This document shows positions 8,536 to 16,216 of a stretch of DNA of 64,000 nucleotides, one piece after another. The notes under the pieces were generated by a model. That model was given only the letters and a program-made list of their open reading frames with translations, was not told where the DNA came from and did no database searches. Numbering within the stretch: position 1 is the first letter of the stretch; each line of letters opens with the position of its first letter. This DNA comes from Alphaproteobacteria bacterium (lineage in GTDB: Bacteria; Pseudomonadota; Alphaproteobacteria; RF32; CAG-239): positions 101,774 to 165,773 of the forward strand of contig SUUJ01000003.1 in NCBI GenBank assembly GCA_015062585.1, written 5' to 3'. The translations under genes and the position numbers were made by a program.

Positions 8536-9384
8536 ATGAATTTAAGAACCGCAATCGATAGTCTGCCTTCATTAAAATTAACAGTCGAAGCACATGGGCT
8601 TTTGGCAAAAAAGTCTTTAGGACAAAACTTTTTGCTCGACCGCAACATTACCGACAAAATAATTGCATTATCGTTAAAAAAACAATCTTTGGATTCGTAC
8701 CAAGGCAGCCATGTTTTTGAAGTTGGCCCGGGCCCCGGCGGATTAACCAGAGCAGTAATCAGTAACAATCCTGACAAAATGACTGTTATAGAGTTGGACG
8801 AGCGTTGCATAAACATAATGCAAGATATTAACTCTAAAACCGGCAATATTTTAGAAATATTGAATCAAGATGCGCTAAAATATGATTTTAGCTATCAAGA
8901 AAATAATGATAAGCACATTGTATCCAATTTGCCATACAATATATCTGTTCCTTTGCTTACCAAATGGCTGTATGACATAAACTGCTACAAATCATTAACG
9001 CTGATGTTTCAAAAAGAAGTTGCCGACAGGATTCAAGCACCTATATCCACCAAAGACTACGGCCGCCTGTCAGTATTAGCACAATTACAATGCAAAATAA
9101 CTCGCCTTTTAGACCTCAATCCTGAATGCTTTACTCCGGCACCAAAAATTTGGTCATCTGTTTTATTGTTTCAGCCTTTGGAAAAAACGCTTAACAAAGA
9201 CGAAATAAATAAGATTGAAAAACTGACAGCTCAAGCTTTTTCAATGCGTCGCAAAATGATACGCCAAAGCTTAAAATCAATCAAAAATCTCGAAGAAATA
9301 TGTGAAAAAATAGGCATAAAAACGACTATGCGCCCCGAAGAAATCACTCCCGAACAATTTTTAGCTTTGAGTAAAGAAATATAA
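8536..9384 (+). CDS. rsmA: 16S rRNA (adenine1518/1519-N6)-dimethyltransferase RsmA/KsgA
   Basis: SLGQNFLLD ... EVGPGPGGLT SAM-binding motifs. 282 aa. Confidence 0.9.
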   Translation: MNLRTAIDSLPSLKLTVEAHGLLAKKSLGQNFLLDRNITDKIIALSLKKQSLDSYQGSHVFEVGPGPGGLTRAVISNNPDKMTVIELDERCINIMQDINSKTGNILEILNQDALKYDFSYQENNDKHIVSNLPYNISVPLLTKWLYDINCYKSLTLMFQKEVADRIQAPISTKDYGRLSVLAQLQCKITRLLDLNPECFTPAPKIWSSVLLFQPLEKTLNKDEINKIEKLTAQAFSMRRKMIRQSLKSIKNLEEICEKIGIKTTMRPEEITPEQFLALSKEI

Positions 9385-9598
9385 AAAAATAAACACACCT
9401 AAAGTCATAGCCTATTTTTTTAACAAAATATAAAAGTCATCCCTGTTTTGTGAGCGATGAGCGAGCAAAATTCAAGGTATCTTCTTTTTTAAAAATTGCC
9501 AAAAACTAAACTTCGACTCGAATAAAATAATATTCTTAACTTTCTCGCACCCTTAAAAAAATCTGATTTTATCATTGTTTTTCAATTAGTTATCGAGC

Positions 9599-9628
9599 TT
9601 GACGGGGGGGGGTAAAACATGGTATAAT
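9599..9628 (+). promoter_or_regulatory. Putative sigma-70 promoter: TTGACG -35, 18-bp spacer, extended -10 TGgTATAAT
   Basis: ttgacg at 9599-9604 and tataat at 9623-9628, with tg at 9619-9620. Sits in a 400-bp intergenic region about 160 bp upstream of the ORF at 9789. Confidence 0.45.
9604..9612. repeat. G9 homopolymeric tract inside the putative promoter spacer
   Basis: Nine consecutive G residues in a ~30% GC genome, directly following the -35 hexamer. Confidence 0.8.
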
Positions 9629-9788
9629 AAATTCATAACAATAAAATTATTTGCTCATTTACAATTATGGTCTGTATGTTTTCATAGCTTTTGTTATGTT
9701 GATATTGGCCTTGTTTGAGTAATAGAATATTTTTCATTTAGAAAAATCGATAAAGAACTATAAATATTAACACAAAAAACAAAAAACT

Positions 9789-10091
9789 ATGTCACAATTA
9801 TTTTTAGCTATTGTAGCTATCGCAAACATTATTTGCTTTGCTTATGCAGTAATCTACGGAGTGAAATTCATTTTCATCAAAAGAAAGCCTAACTTCGACA
9901 AAGACTTCTGGAATGAGAACAAAAAGTATGTTAAAGAGAATTTTAAAGAGTGTTTTAAGATGACACTTGGAGAATTTAAATGGTTTCAAAAACTGGGACT
10001 TTGTCTAGTAGTAGTGATAGCTCCTATATCTGTTCTGGCATTGCTCTTTTCAATTCTATCGGATATGGCTTCAGATTGCTGCGACGACTAA
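9789..10091 (+). CDS. Hypothetical small membrane protein (two predicted TM helices, C-terminal DCCDD)
   Basis: 100-aa ORF with a hydrophobic N-terminus and a hydrophobic central segment, followed by a strong terminator. No recognisable family. Confidence 0.5.
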   Translation: MSQLFLAIVAIANIICFAYAVIYGVKFIFIKRKPNFDKDFWNENKKYVKENFKECFKMTLGEFKWFQKLGLCLVVVIAPISVLALLFSILSDMASDCCDD

Positions 10092-10097
10092 ACAAAA

Positions 10098-10133
10098 CAG
10101 GAAGTGCAAATTGCACTTCCTGCTCTTTATTTT
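10098..10133 (+). terminator. Rho-independent terminator, probably bidirectional, between the small ORF and gpsA
   Basis: Perfect 11-bp stem caggaagtgca/tgcacttcctg with loop aat, then ctctttatttt. Confidence 0.75.
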
Positions 10134-10151
10134 AAACACGAAGAACTGTTT

Positions 10152-11120
10152 TTAAGAAAATTCGCGTTTCAACGACCTTTCAAACAACTTAGTAATAATT
10201 TCTTTAATGTTACCTTTCTCATATATTGCCTGATATAAAGCTTGTGAGATAGGCATATCGATTCCATGTTCATCAGCCAACAGTTTAACCGCTTTTAGTG
10301 TCGGAACACCTTCGGCCAATTTACCAAAATCTTCACCACGAGCAAATTTTTCGCCAAACATACGATTGTGACTGTTCTTCGAGAATAAAGTTGCTTCATA
10401 ATCGCCCAAATGTGAAAGTCCGTAAGCCGTCATCGGATTGCCGCCGAAAAATTTAATCAAACGACCGACTTCGACCGGAGCTCTGGCCATCAAAGCGCCT
10501 TTCAAACCGTACCACTCCAAACCATCCAAAATTCCGGCTGCCAAACCGATAACATTTTTCATGGCAGCGCCGATTTGATTACCGATTAAATCTTCGCCAT
10601 AGTAAAGTCTTATAAGTTGGCTTTGCATAATATTGATGACATATTCTTTTGTGTCTTCCTCATCACTATCGACGACTGCCGCCGACGGAACGCCGCGCAT
10701 ATAGTCTTGAACATGACCCGGACCGCCAAGAGTTGCAATATGGATATTTTGACTTATTTCTTCACGCATAATTTCAAGCATACGCTTACCTGACGGTTCT
10801 TCCAACCCCTTCATAGCCAACAAAAATGTTTTACCCTCTAAATCATATGCACTCAGCTCTTTGCACAAACCTCTGAAATATTGGCAACCGATAGATACGA
10901 TAATAAAATCATTTTTCAAAATTGCCGGAATATTATCAAAAAGTTCCATATTATCGCTAAGCGACAAATAAGGATTTTTGCGAGTATTTTTCAACTCGAT
11001 AAAATTTGGAGATGTCGGGATATCATACATATCAACGCCGTCACATTTTCCGTAATTGGCAACATACCAACCCAAAAATGTACCCCAGCGCCCGCAACCG
11101 ATTAAAGAAATTCTAGTCAT
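10152..11120 (-). CDS. gpsA: NAD(P)H-dependent glycerol-3-phosphate dehydrogenase
   Basis: N-terminal ISLIGCGRWGT Rossmann motif; LAEGVPTLKAV motif. 322 aa. Confidence 0.9.
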   Translation of the reverse strand: MTRISLIGCGRWGTFLGWYVANYGKCDGVDMYDIPTSPNFIELKNTRKNPYLSLSDNMELFDNIPAILKNDFIIVSIGCQYFRGLCKELSAYDLEGKTFLLAMKGLEEPSGKRMLEIMREEISQNIHIATLGGPGHVQDYMRGVPSAAVVDSDEEDTKEYVINIMQSQLIRLYYGEDLIGNQIGAAMKNVIGLAAGILDGLEWYGLKGALMARAPVEVGRLIKFFGGNPMTAYGLSHLGDYEATLFSKNSHNRMFGEKFARGEDFGKLAEGVPTLKAVKLLADEHGIDMPISQALYQAIYEKGNIKEIITKLFERSLKREFS

Positions 11121-11231
11121 AAAAATCTATCCTTATTAAAAAAGGTGTTATTCAATACCAAATTTTTAGCGCAAAAAATATGTTTTTGCAACAATCTAAT
11201 GACAACGATATACAGAATTAAACAAAAGATA

Positions 11232-11591
11232 TTATAAAAAGCCTTTTTTGGTACGCTGACGAGTAACTATGGCAGATATATGATCAAACTGTTCAAAAGA
11301 ATGATAGGCATAGTCAAAACTCTTTTTATCGCAATCATAAAACACTTGATTTGCGAGCATTTGAATAGCTCCGTCAATACGGCGAAAAGCGTCATTATAA
11401 TCTGAATTGAAGTTATTTTTGGTTTTTTTCTTAACTATGGCATGATAAGCAGAAATAACTTTAGCAGTTTCATCGGCCGAATTTGCGTATCCTTTCTCCT
11501 CGAAGTCACGCATAATTCGAGCTGTAGTCTGGTAGAAGCACTTATTAGTCAAGATACTTCTTTGCTTTTTGTTGCTACTATCAATTATCAT
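11232..11591 (-). CDS. Hypothetical protein
   Basis: 119-aa ORF with no recognisable motif. Confidence 0.4.
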   Translation of the reverse strand: MIIDSSNKKQRSILTNKCFYQTTARIMRDFEEKGYANSADETAKVISAYHAIVKKKTKNNFNSDYNDAFRRIDGAIQMLANQVFYDCDKKSFDYAYHSFEQFDHISAIVTRQRTKKGFL

Positions 11592-11792
11592 TTTTCAAAG
11601 CAATCCATAGTTCTTGAATATTTTTTTAGTATCACACTAAAAAATAAAAAGCAAGTTTTTTTCCCAACCTTACAAGGTCTATATTATTATATTTAGTTTA
11701 AGCAAAAGTTAATTGCAACCATATAATAAAAAATATAAAAAACTTGTTGCAAAATAATATATATTTTATTAAGTTTATGAACGAAAGATTAA

Positions 11793-11883
11793 GGATAGAT
11801 GGCCGAGTGGTCGAAGGCGCACGATTGGAAATCGTGTATACCTCCAAAGGGTATCCAGGGTTCGAATCCCTGTCTATCCGCCA
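11793..11883 (+). tRNA. tRNA-Ser (anticodon GGA)
   Basis: Folded by eye. Acceptor GGATAGA/TCTATCC, D-arm GCCGAGTGGTCGAAGGC, anticodon stem CACGA/TCGTG with loop TTGGAAA, long variable arm, T-arm CAGGGTTCGAATCCCTG, discriminator G, encoded CCA. Confidence 0.85.
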
Positions 11884-11896
11884 TTTACAAACAACA

Positions 11897-11919
11897 GCAC
11901 CCTTGCGGTGCTTTTTTTT
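11897..11919 (+). terminator. Rho-independent terminator after tRNA-Ser
   Basis: gcacc-cttgc-ggtgc hairpin followed by T8. Confidence 0.7.
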
Positions 11920-11924
11920 GTAAA

Positions 11925-12052
11925 TACGAGGATTGCCGGATGAGAACCCTGGAGAAAGTGGTTCGAAAACAAGGTTCAGGCAGACGGAAGTATGCCGGTG
12001 AGCAAAGCGAAGAACCGCTGTTTCGGCAGAGCCAATCTCACTCTATCCGCCA
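11925..12052 (+). other. GC-rich (~50% GC) ~128-nt island ending in an 11-nt copy of the tRNA-Ser 3' end (tctatccgcca). Possible att-site remnant or a small structured RNA.
   Basis: Exact 11-mer shared between tRNA-Ser (11873-11883) and 12042-12052. The segment is bounded by terminators on both sides and its composition contrasts strongly with the surroundings. Confidence 0.4.
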
Positions 12053-12061
12053 ATAAAAAAG

Positions 12062-12089
12062 CAACACCCGAAGCGGTGTTGTTTTTTTT
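12062..12089 (+). terminator. Rho-independent terminator closing the GC-rich island
   Basis: caacacc-cgaagc-ggtgttg hairpin followed by T8. Confidence 0.7.
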
Positions 12090-12240
12090 ATTTAATTGTG
12101 ATAGGTCTAGTTTTGAGCCGGTACAAAGCGGCGATAAAACTTCTATACAAAACAAGTGACCGAAGCGAAGTTGTTGAGCATTTTTACAATGCGAAACCTA
12201 CGAAGCAAGAATGGGATTCGAAGAAGACCATCACCCGCAT

Positions 12241-12266
12241 AAAAAAAACTCCCCTAAAAAGGAGAG
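12241..12266 (-). terminator. Rho-independent terminator of tRNA-Gly
   Basis: On the minus strand: CTCTCC-TTTTTA-GGGGAG hairpin followed by U8. Confidence 0.6.
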
Positions 12267-12273
12267 TTAGAAT

Positions 12274-12348
12274 TGGAGCGGGTGATGGGATTCGAACCCA
12301 CGACATCAACCTTGGCAAGGTTGCGCTCTACCCCTGAGCTACGCCCGC
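12274..12348 (-). tRNA. tRNA-Gly (anticodon GCC)
   Basis: Reverse complement reads GCGGGCGTAGCTCAGGGGTAGAGCGCAACCTTGCCAAGGTTGATGTCGTGGGTTCGAATCCCATCACCCGCTCCA. Anticodon loop TTGCCAA; canonical T-loop. Confidence 0.85.
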
Positions 12349-12407
12349 GTCAGTGAGAGAATAAATATCACATATTTTTTATTTTGCAAGCACTTTTTTT
12401 ATTTTTT

Positions 12408-12884
12408 TTATAATTCTTCCACCTGCAAAACCTTTTCAACATCACTAACCTCATTTGCCATCTGCAAAACGGTGTCAAAATCAATCGTTTCTATTGATAA
12501 CAAACCCAAACACAACATTACGATTGACAACAACCTTAACATCCATATCACACTTCTGCTGCCGCGAAACAAACGCCCCTCTTTATCTCTGTTTTGAAAC
12601 AAAAGTTCTACTTCTGCCCACATTGATGTAAAAATAAGCGGAAAGAACAGCATAAAAGGAGCAGAAAGACTGAGCAAAAACTGTACAACCCCTCTTATCC
12701 AAAATCTTGCGTAAAAGTTATGAACACCGATAGCGCCGAGTGTAAAAGCCAACACAATATAGACAGTGCCATTTACCGAAGACTCTTCCTTATCGCGCAA
12801 AATCTTACGAAAGGCCATTTTTTTTCGTTGTTCGGAAATAGATAGATTTTTTACTCTTTTTTTTGTCACGTTCTTATCTTTCAA
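12408..12884 (-). CDS. TM2-domain membrane protein
   Basis: LAFTLGAIGVHNFYARFWIRGVVQFL matches the TM2 domain signature (GxxGxHxFY). 158 aa. Confidence 0.55.
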   Translation of the reverse strand: MKDKNVTKKRVKNLSISEQRKKMAFRKILRDKEESSVNGTVYIVLAFTLGAIGVHNFYARFWIRGVVQFLLSLSAPFMLFFPLIFTSMWAEVELLFQNRDKEGRLFRGSRSVIWMLRLLSIVMLCLGLLSIETIDFDTVLQMANEVSDVEKVLQVEEL

Positions 12885-12925
12885 AAATCTGCATTAGAAA
12901 TCCTTTAGACACTTCCTTAGCTCCC

Positions 12926-13058
12926 AAAAAATTCGGATAATGAGATTTATAGAGTTATTTTCAAAGCGAGAAAAATTTTGAGTAGTACAAAGAAGTACAT
13001 GAATTTTTCGAGATGAAAGAAAATGGCTCTAGAAATCCTTTAGACGAATTTTTCTATT
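12926..13058 (+). repeat. Copy 2 of the RPE-like repeat; it overlaps the last 9 codons and the stop codon of smpB
   Basis: Aligned by eye with the copies at 9-141 and 19242-19366. Internal helix tagagttatttt/aaaatggctcta forms with G-U pairs. The 15-mer agaaatcctttagac is additionally duplicated at 12897-12911. Confidence 0.6.
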
Positions 13059-13505
13059 AAGTTCACGCTCTTTTATACTATCCCTCTTATCATAAAGTTT
13101 TTTACCCTTACCTAAACCGACCTCTAATTTCGCGCGTCCGTTAGTATCAAAAAACAGTCTCATTGCCACCAAAGTTGTGCCCTTGCGAGATAACGAATTG
13201 ATAATATCGATTATCTCCTTTTTTTTCAAAAGAAGCTTGCGCTCACGCTTTTCCGAATGCGAAACATAACCTTTATAAGTATATTCGGCAATATACATAT
13301 TAGATACATATAATTCACCGTTTTTTTCAACCCCAAACGCGTCATTGATATTAGCATGACCAAGGCGCAAAGATTTAACTTCGGTTCCCAAAAGTTCTAA
13401 ACCGGCAACATATTTTTCCTCTATCAGATAATCAAAATTTGCACGGCGATTTTGTGCCACCAAGCCCTTTGATATAAATTCCGATTTATGTTTTTCTTTA
13501 GCCAT
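13029..13505 (-). CDS. smpB: SsrA-binding protein SmpB
   Basis: AQNRRANFDYLIEEKYVAGLELLGTEVKSLR is a typical SmpB core. 158 aa. The C-terminal tail NRKIRLKDF is encoded inside repeat copy 2. Confidence 0.9.
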   Translation of the reverse strand: MAKEKHKSEFISKGLVAQNRRANFDYLIEEKYVAGLELLGTEVKSLRLGHANINDAFGVEKNGELYVSNMYIAEYTYKGYVSHSEKRERKLLLKKKEIIDIINSLSRKGTTLVAMRLFFDTNGRAKLEVGLGKGKKLYDKRDSIKERELNRKIRLKDF

Positions 13506-14557
13506 TACTTTTTATCCAAACTTTGTTTCAACGCCCGACGAACTTTATATGGCAAACCATAATTTTTATATTGCGGAAATTTCTCAACACATTTTGCCCA
13601 TTCTTCTTTTGTCATCAATTCGTTTTTCTCATCTTGAGGTATAATCCACAAGCGCTTAGAAGCTATAAATAGCTCACATTTACCCAAAGTACAACCCTTA
13701 AAATCATCAGTTTCCAAAACACGAATAATTTCAGACATTTCCGGCGAATAATCTGTCTGACCGACTTTTTGCAACAAAAGACCTAAAACACCTTTTGAGA
13801 TTTCAATATGAAGTTTTTTTAGTTTTGCATAATTAACACTGACTAAAACTTGCTCCCACCATCTTACATGAGAAGTTAAAAATTCGTCTATCAACTCTTG
13901 CATAAAAAGTCGAGAATTTTGCAATTTTTTAGCAGTTTCGGACAAACACTGCTCATCAAGTCCGATTTCTTTAAGTTTGGGCAAAAACTTTCTTATTTTA
14001 ACTCTGACAAAATCTTCATCATCATTCATCGGGTCTTCAACCCATTCAATATTTTTGTCCTTACAATATTTTTTCAAATCTTCCGGCAGGACATCAAGTA
14101 AAGGTCTTATCAACAAAACCCCGTCGCGCTGTGAAACCGGCATCATCGAACTCAGCCCGAACAACCCGCTTCCGCGCTGAAGCCTCAACAAAAATGTTTC
14201 GGCCTGATCTCGCATATGATGAGCTGTGGCCAACACTTTGATTTTGTGTTTTTTGCAAAAATCAAACATCAAATTATATCGAGCAAATCTGGCGCTTTCT
14301 TCAATCGATTTTGTAACCTTCGCACCGTCGCTCCACCGCAAAATATGGTGTTCAATATCGTATTTTTTCATCAAAGACGCAACATACTCCGCCTCTTTTT
14401 GCGATTCCTTGCGCAAGCAATGATCGACTGTTAGCGCCACAACATCTTTGCCGATATCTTTTAACATCAACGCCAAAGCCAATGAATCCGCCCCACCGGA
14501 AACACCGACAGCGATTACATTTTCTTTTATATTATGTTTATTAAAGAAACCTAACAT
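13505..14557 (-). CDS. tilS: tRNA(Ile)-lysidine synthetase
   Basis: PP-loop VGVSGGADSLAL. 350 aa. Lies downstream of ybgF as in alphaproteobacteria. Confidence 0.85.
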   Translation of the reverse strand: MLGFFNKHNIKENVIAVGVSGGADSLALALMLKDIGKDVVALTVDHCLRKESQKEAEYVASLMKKYDIEHHILRWSDGAKVTKSIEESARFARYNLMFDFCKKHKIKVLATAHHMRDQAETFLLRLQRGSGLFGLSSMMPVSQRDGVLLIRPLLDVLPEDLKKYCKDKNIEWVEDPMNDDEDFVRVKIRKFLPKLKEIGLDEQCLSETAKKLQNSRLFMQELIDEFLTSHVRWWEQVLVSVNYAKLKKLHIEISKGVLGLLLQKVGQTDYSPEMSEIIRVLETDDFKGCTLGKCELFIASKRLWIIPQDEKNELMTKEEWAKCVEKFPQYKNYGLPYKVRRALKQSLDKK

Positions 14558-14560
14558 CTT

Positions 14561-15385
14561 TTATTTTTTGCAAGCCAGTTCTTCCGCCGACTTGTTTGCT
14601 CTATCCTTCAAATTTTGCGGAGCCTTAGGGAACTCTTTTGCCAAATTTACAAATGCGGTACAAGCCTCTTCCTTTTTACCTAACATTTGCATAGCCAAAC
14701 CTAGTTTTAAGATATTATCGGCCCCCTTATTTCCGTCTTTGTATTTTTCATAACCTTTTGCAAAAGCAACTGCCGCTTTGGCATAATCTTTTTTACCATA
14801 ATACGATTCTCCGAGCCAATATTGAGCATTACCGGCTAGCTTATGCTTGGGAAACTTGGTCAAAAAAGTTGTAAATTTTTCGGTTGCTTCATCGTTTTTA
14901 CCTGCATTTATAGCATCTAATCCTTCTTGATAAACAGCCTCCGGAGATTTTGTTTTAACATCGGGTAATTTTTCGCCCTTGCTTATTGATGCGCCGGCAA
15001 CTGATTTTGGAGCCCCTTTGGCTACCGGAGCATCAAATTTTTTAGCAACTTGTTGGTTGCTCATTCCACCGGCTTCAATAGGTTTGCCCTCAATCATTTT
15101 TAAGCGAACATCAATATCTTTGTTAATCATATTGATTTTATCTTCCAAGGTCTTTATTTGGTGCTCAATCATATCCATACGACCGACAGCATGACGCAAA
15201 GTCTCATCCATCTGACTAATCTGAACAACATCAGCACCACCATCGCGAGCCTGTTTGCGTTGCAAAACTTTTAAGTCTTCTTTTATTTGATCTATTTGGC
15301 GCTGAAGAGCATTATCCGAAACGGCATTTGCCGGAAAAATCGGCAACAAACTCAAACCTATAAACAGTAGCAATGATTTTTTCAT
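14561..15385 (-). CDS. cpoB: Tol-Pal system protein YbgF/CpoB (coiled coil plus TPR)
   Basis: Signal peptide, N-terminal coiled coil, C-terminal TPR repeats (YWLGESYYGKKDYAKAAVAF). Immediately downstream of pal. Confidence 0.8.
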   Translation of the reverse strand: MKKSLLLFIGLSLLPIFPANAVSDNALQRQIDQIKEDLKVLQRKQARDGGADVVQISQMDETLRHAVGRMDMIEHQIKTLEDKINMINKDIDVRLKMIEGKPIEAGGMSNQQVAKKFDAPVAKGAPKSVAGASISKGEKLPDVKTKSPEAVYQEGLDAINAGKNDEATEKFTTFLTKFPKHKLAGNAQYWLGESYYGKKDYAKAAVAFAKGYEKYKDGNKGADNILKLGLAMQMLGKKEEACTAFVNLAKEFPKAPQNLKDRANKSAEELACKK

Positions 15386-15529
15386 TTTGACCTCATATTA
15401 CAAATTTATCATATTTTAATAATAATCTAAAACAAAACAACTCAAATCACAAGTACAAAAAAATTGCTCCCGAACAGTATAAGCTCAAGAGCAATTTTTA
15501 AGTAATGTGAAACTTTCTTTTATGAAAGA

Positions 15530-16003
15530 TTAGTTGCCTGCAACAACTGTTACAGCACGACGGTTTTGAGCCCAAGCTGTTTCATTGTTACCCAAAACAG
15601 CAGGTCTTTCTTTACCGTAAGAAATTGTAGAAATTCTATCGGCTTTGATACCTTTAGAAATCAAGTATTGCTTAACGGCATTAGCACGTCTTTCGCCCAA
15701 AGCCAAGTTGTATTCTCTGGTACCTCTTTCGTCGCAGTAACCTTGAACAACAACATTAACTTCGTCGTGTTTCTTCAACCATTTAACTTGAGTATTCAAA
15801 ACATTGGCAGATTTTGCAGAGATTGCAGAACTGTCATATGCGAAGAAAACTCTATCTTCAGCATTAGCCATAAAATCACGAGCCATTTTAGATGCGCATT
15901 CGCTTCCACCGAACAAAGAGCTTTCACCCAATGTAGAACAAGCAGACAATGCAATAACAGCACAGAATACACTTAAAAGCTTTTTCATTTTAATATTCTC
16001 CAT
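15530..16003 (-). CDS. pal: Peptidoglycan-associated lipoprotein Pal (OmpA-like domain)
   Basis: Lipobox LSAC; OmpA-family C-terminal domain (ERRANAVKQYL ... NRRAV). 157 aa. Confidence 0.85.
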   Translation of the reverse strand: MENIKMKKLLSVFCAVIALSACSTLGESSLFGGSECASKMARDFMANAEDRVFFAYDSSAISAKSANVLNTQVKWLKKHDEVNVVVQGYCDERGTREYNLALGERRANAVKQYLISKGIKADRISTISYGKERPAVLGNNETAWAQNRRAVTVVAGN

Positions 16004-16216
16004 ATGGTTTTTTTAATATTCTAGTTGCATAAAACAACTAATACAGTTTTACCTTATGCAATAAAAACATAATTTTCAATAACAAAAAGAACTTATATAA
16101 TAAAAAAGTTAATAAATTTATTACAAAAGCGCTTCTTTGTAAAAAAACTAAGTTTCTATAAAATAAAATAGTTATTGAGTATAAAAAATTAAAGCCTGTA
16201 CATTTGGCTATAAAAA

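Noticed and set aside
11925-12052. Possibility that the GC-rich island downstream of tRNA-Ser is a two-piece (permuted) tmRNA acceptor segment near smpB
   Set aside because: There is no canonical T-arm (GGTTCGAnTCC with a pairing stem). The 3' end has discriminator G (GCCA) rather than the Ala-type ACCA. No tag-peptide reading frame ending in a hydrophobic ...AA stop was found. The island is kept only as an att-like or sRNA candidate.
11799-12337. ORFs of 85 aa (11799-12056, +) and 79 aa (12098-12337, +) in the six-frame track
   Set aside because: They run through tRNA-Ser and its terminator, and opposite tRNA-Gly and its terminator, respectively. They are explained by the RNA genes and terminators, not by coding capacity.
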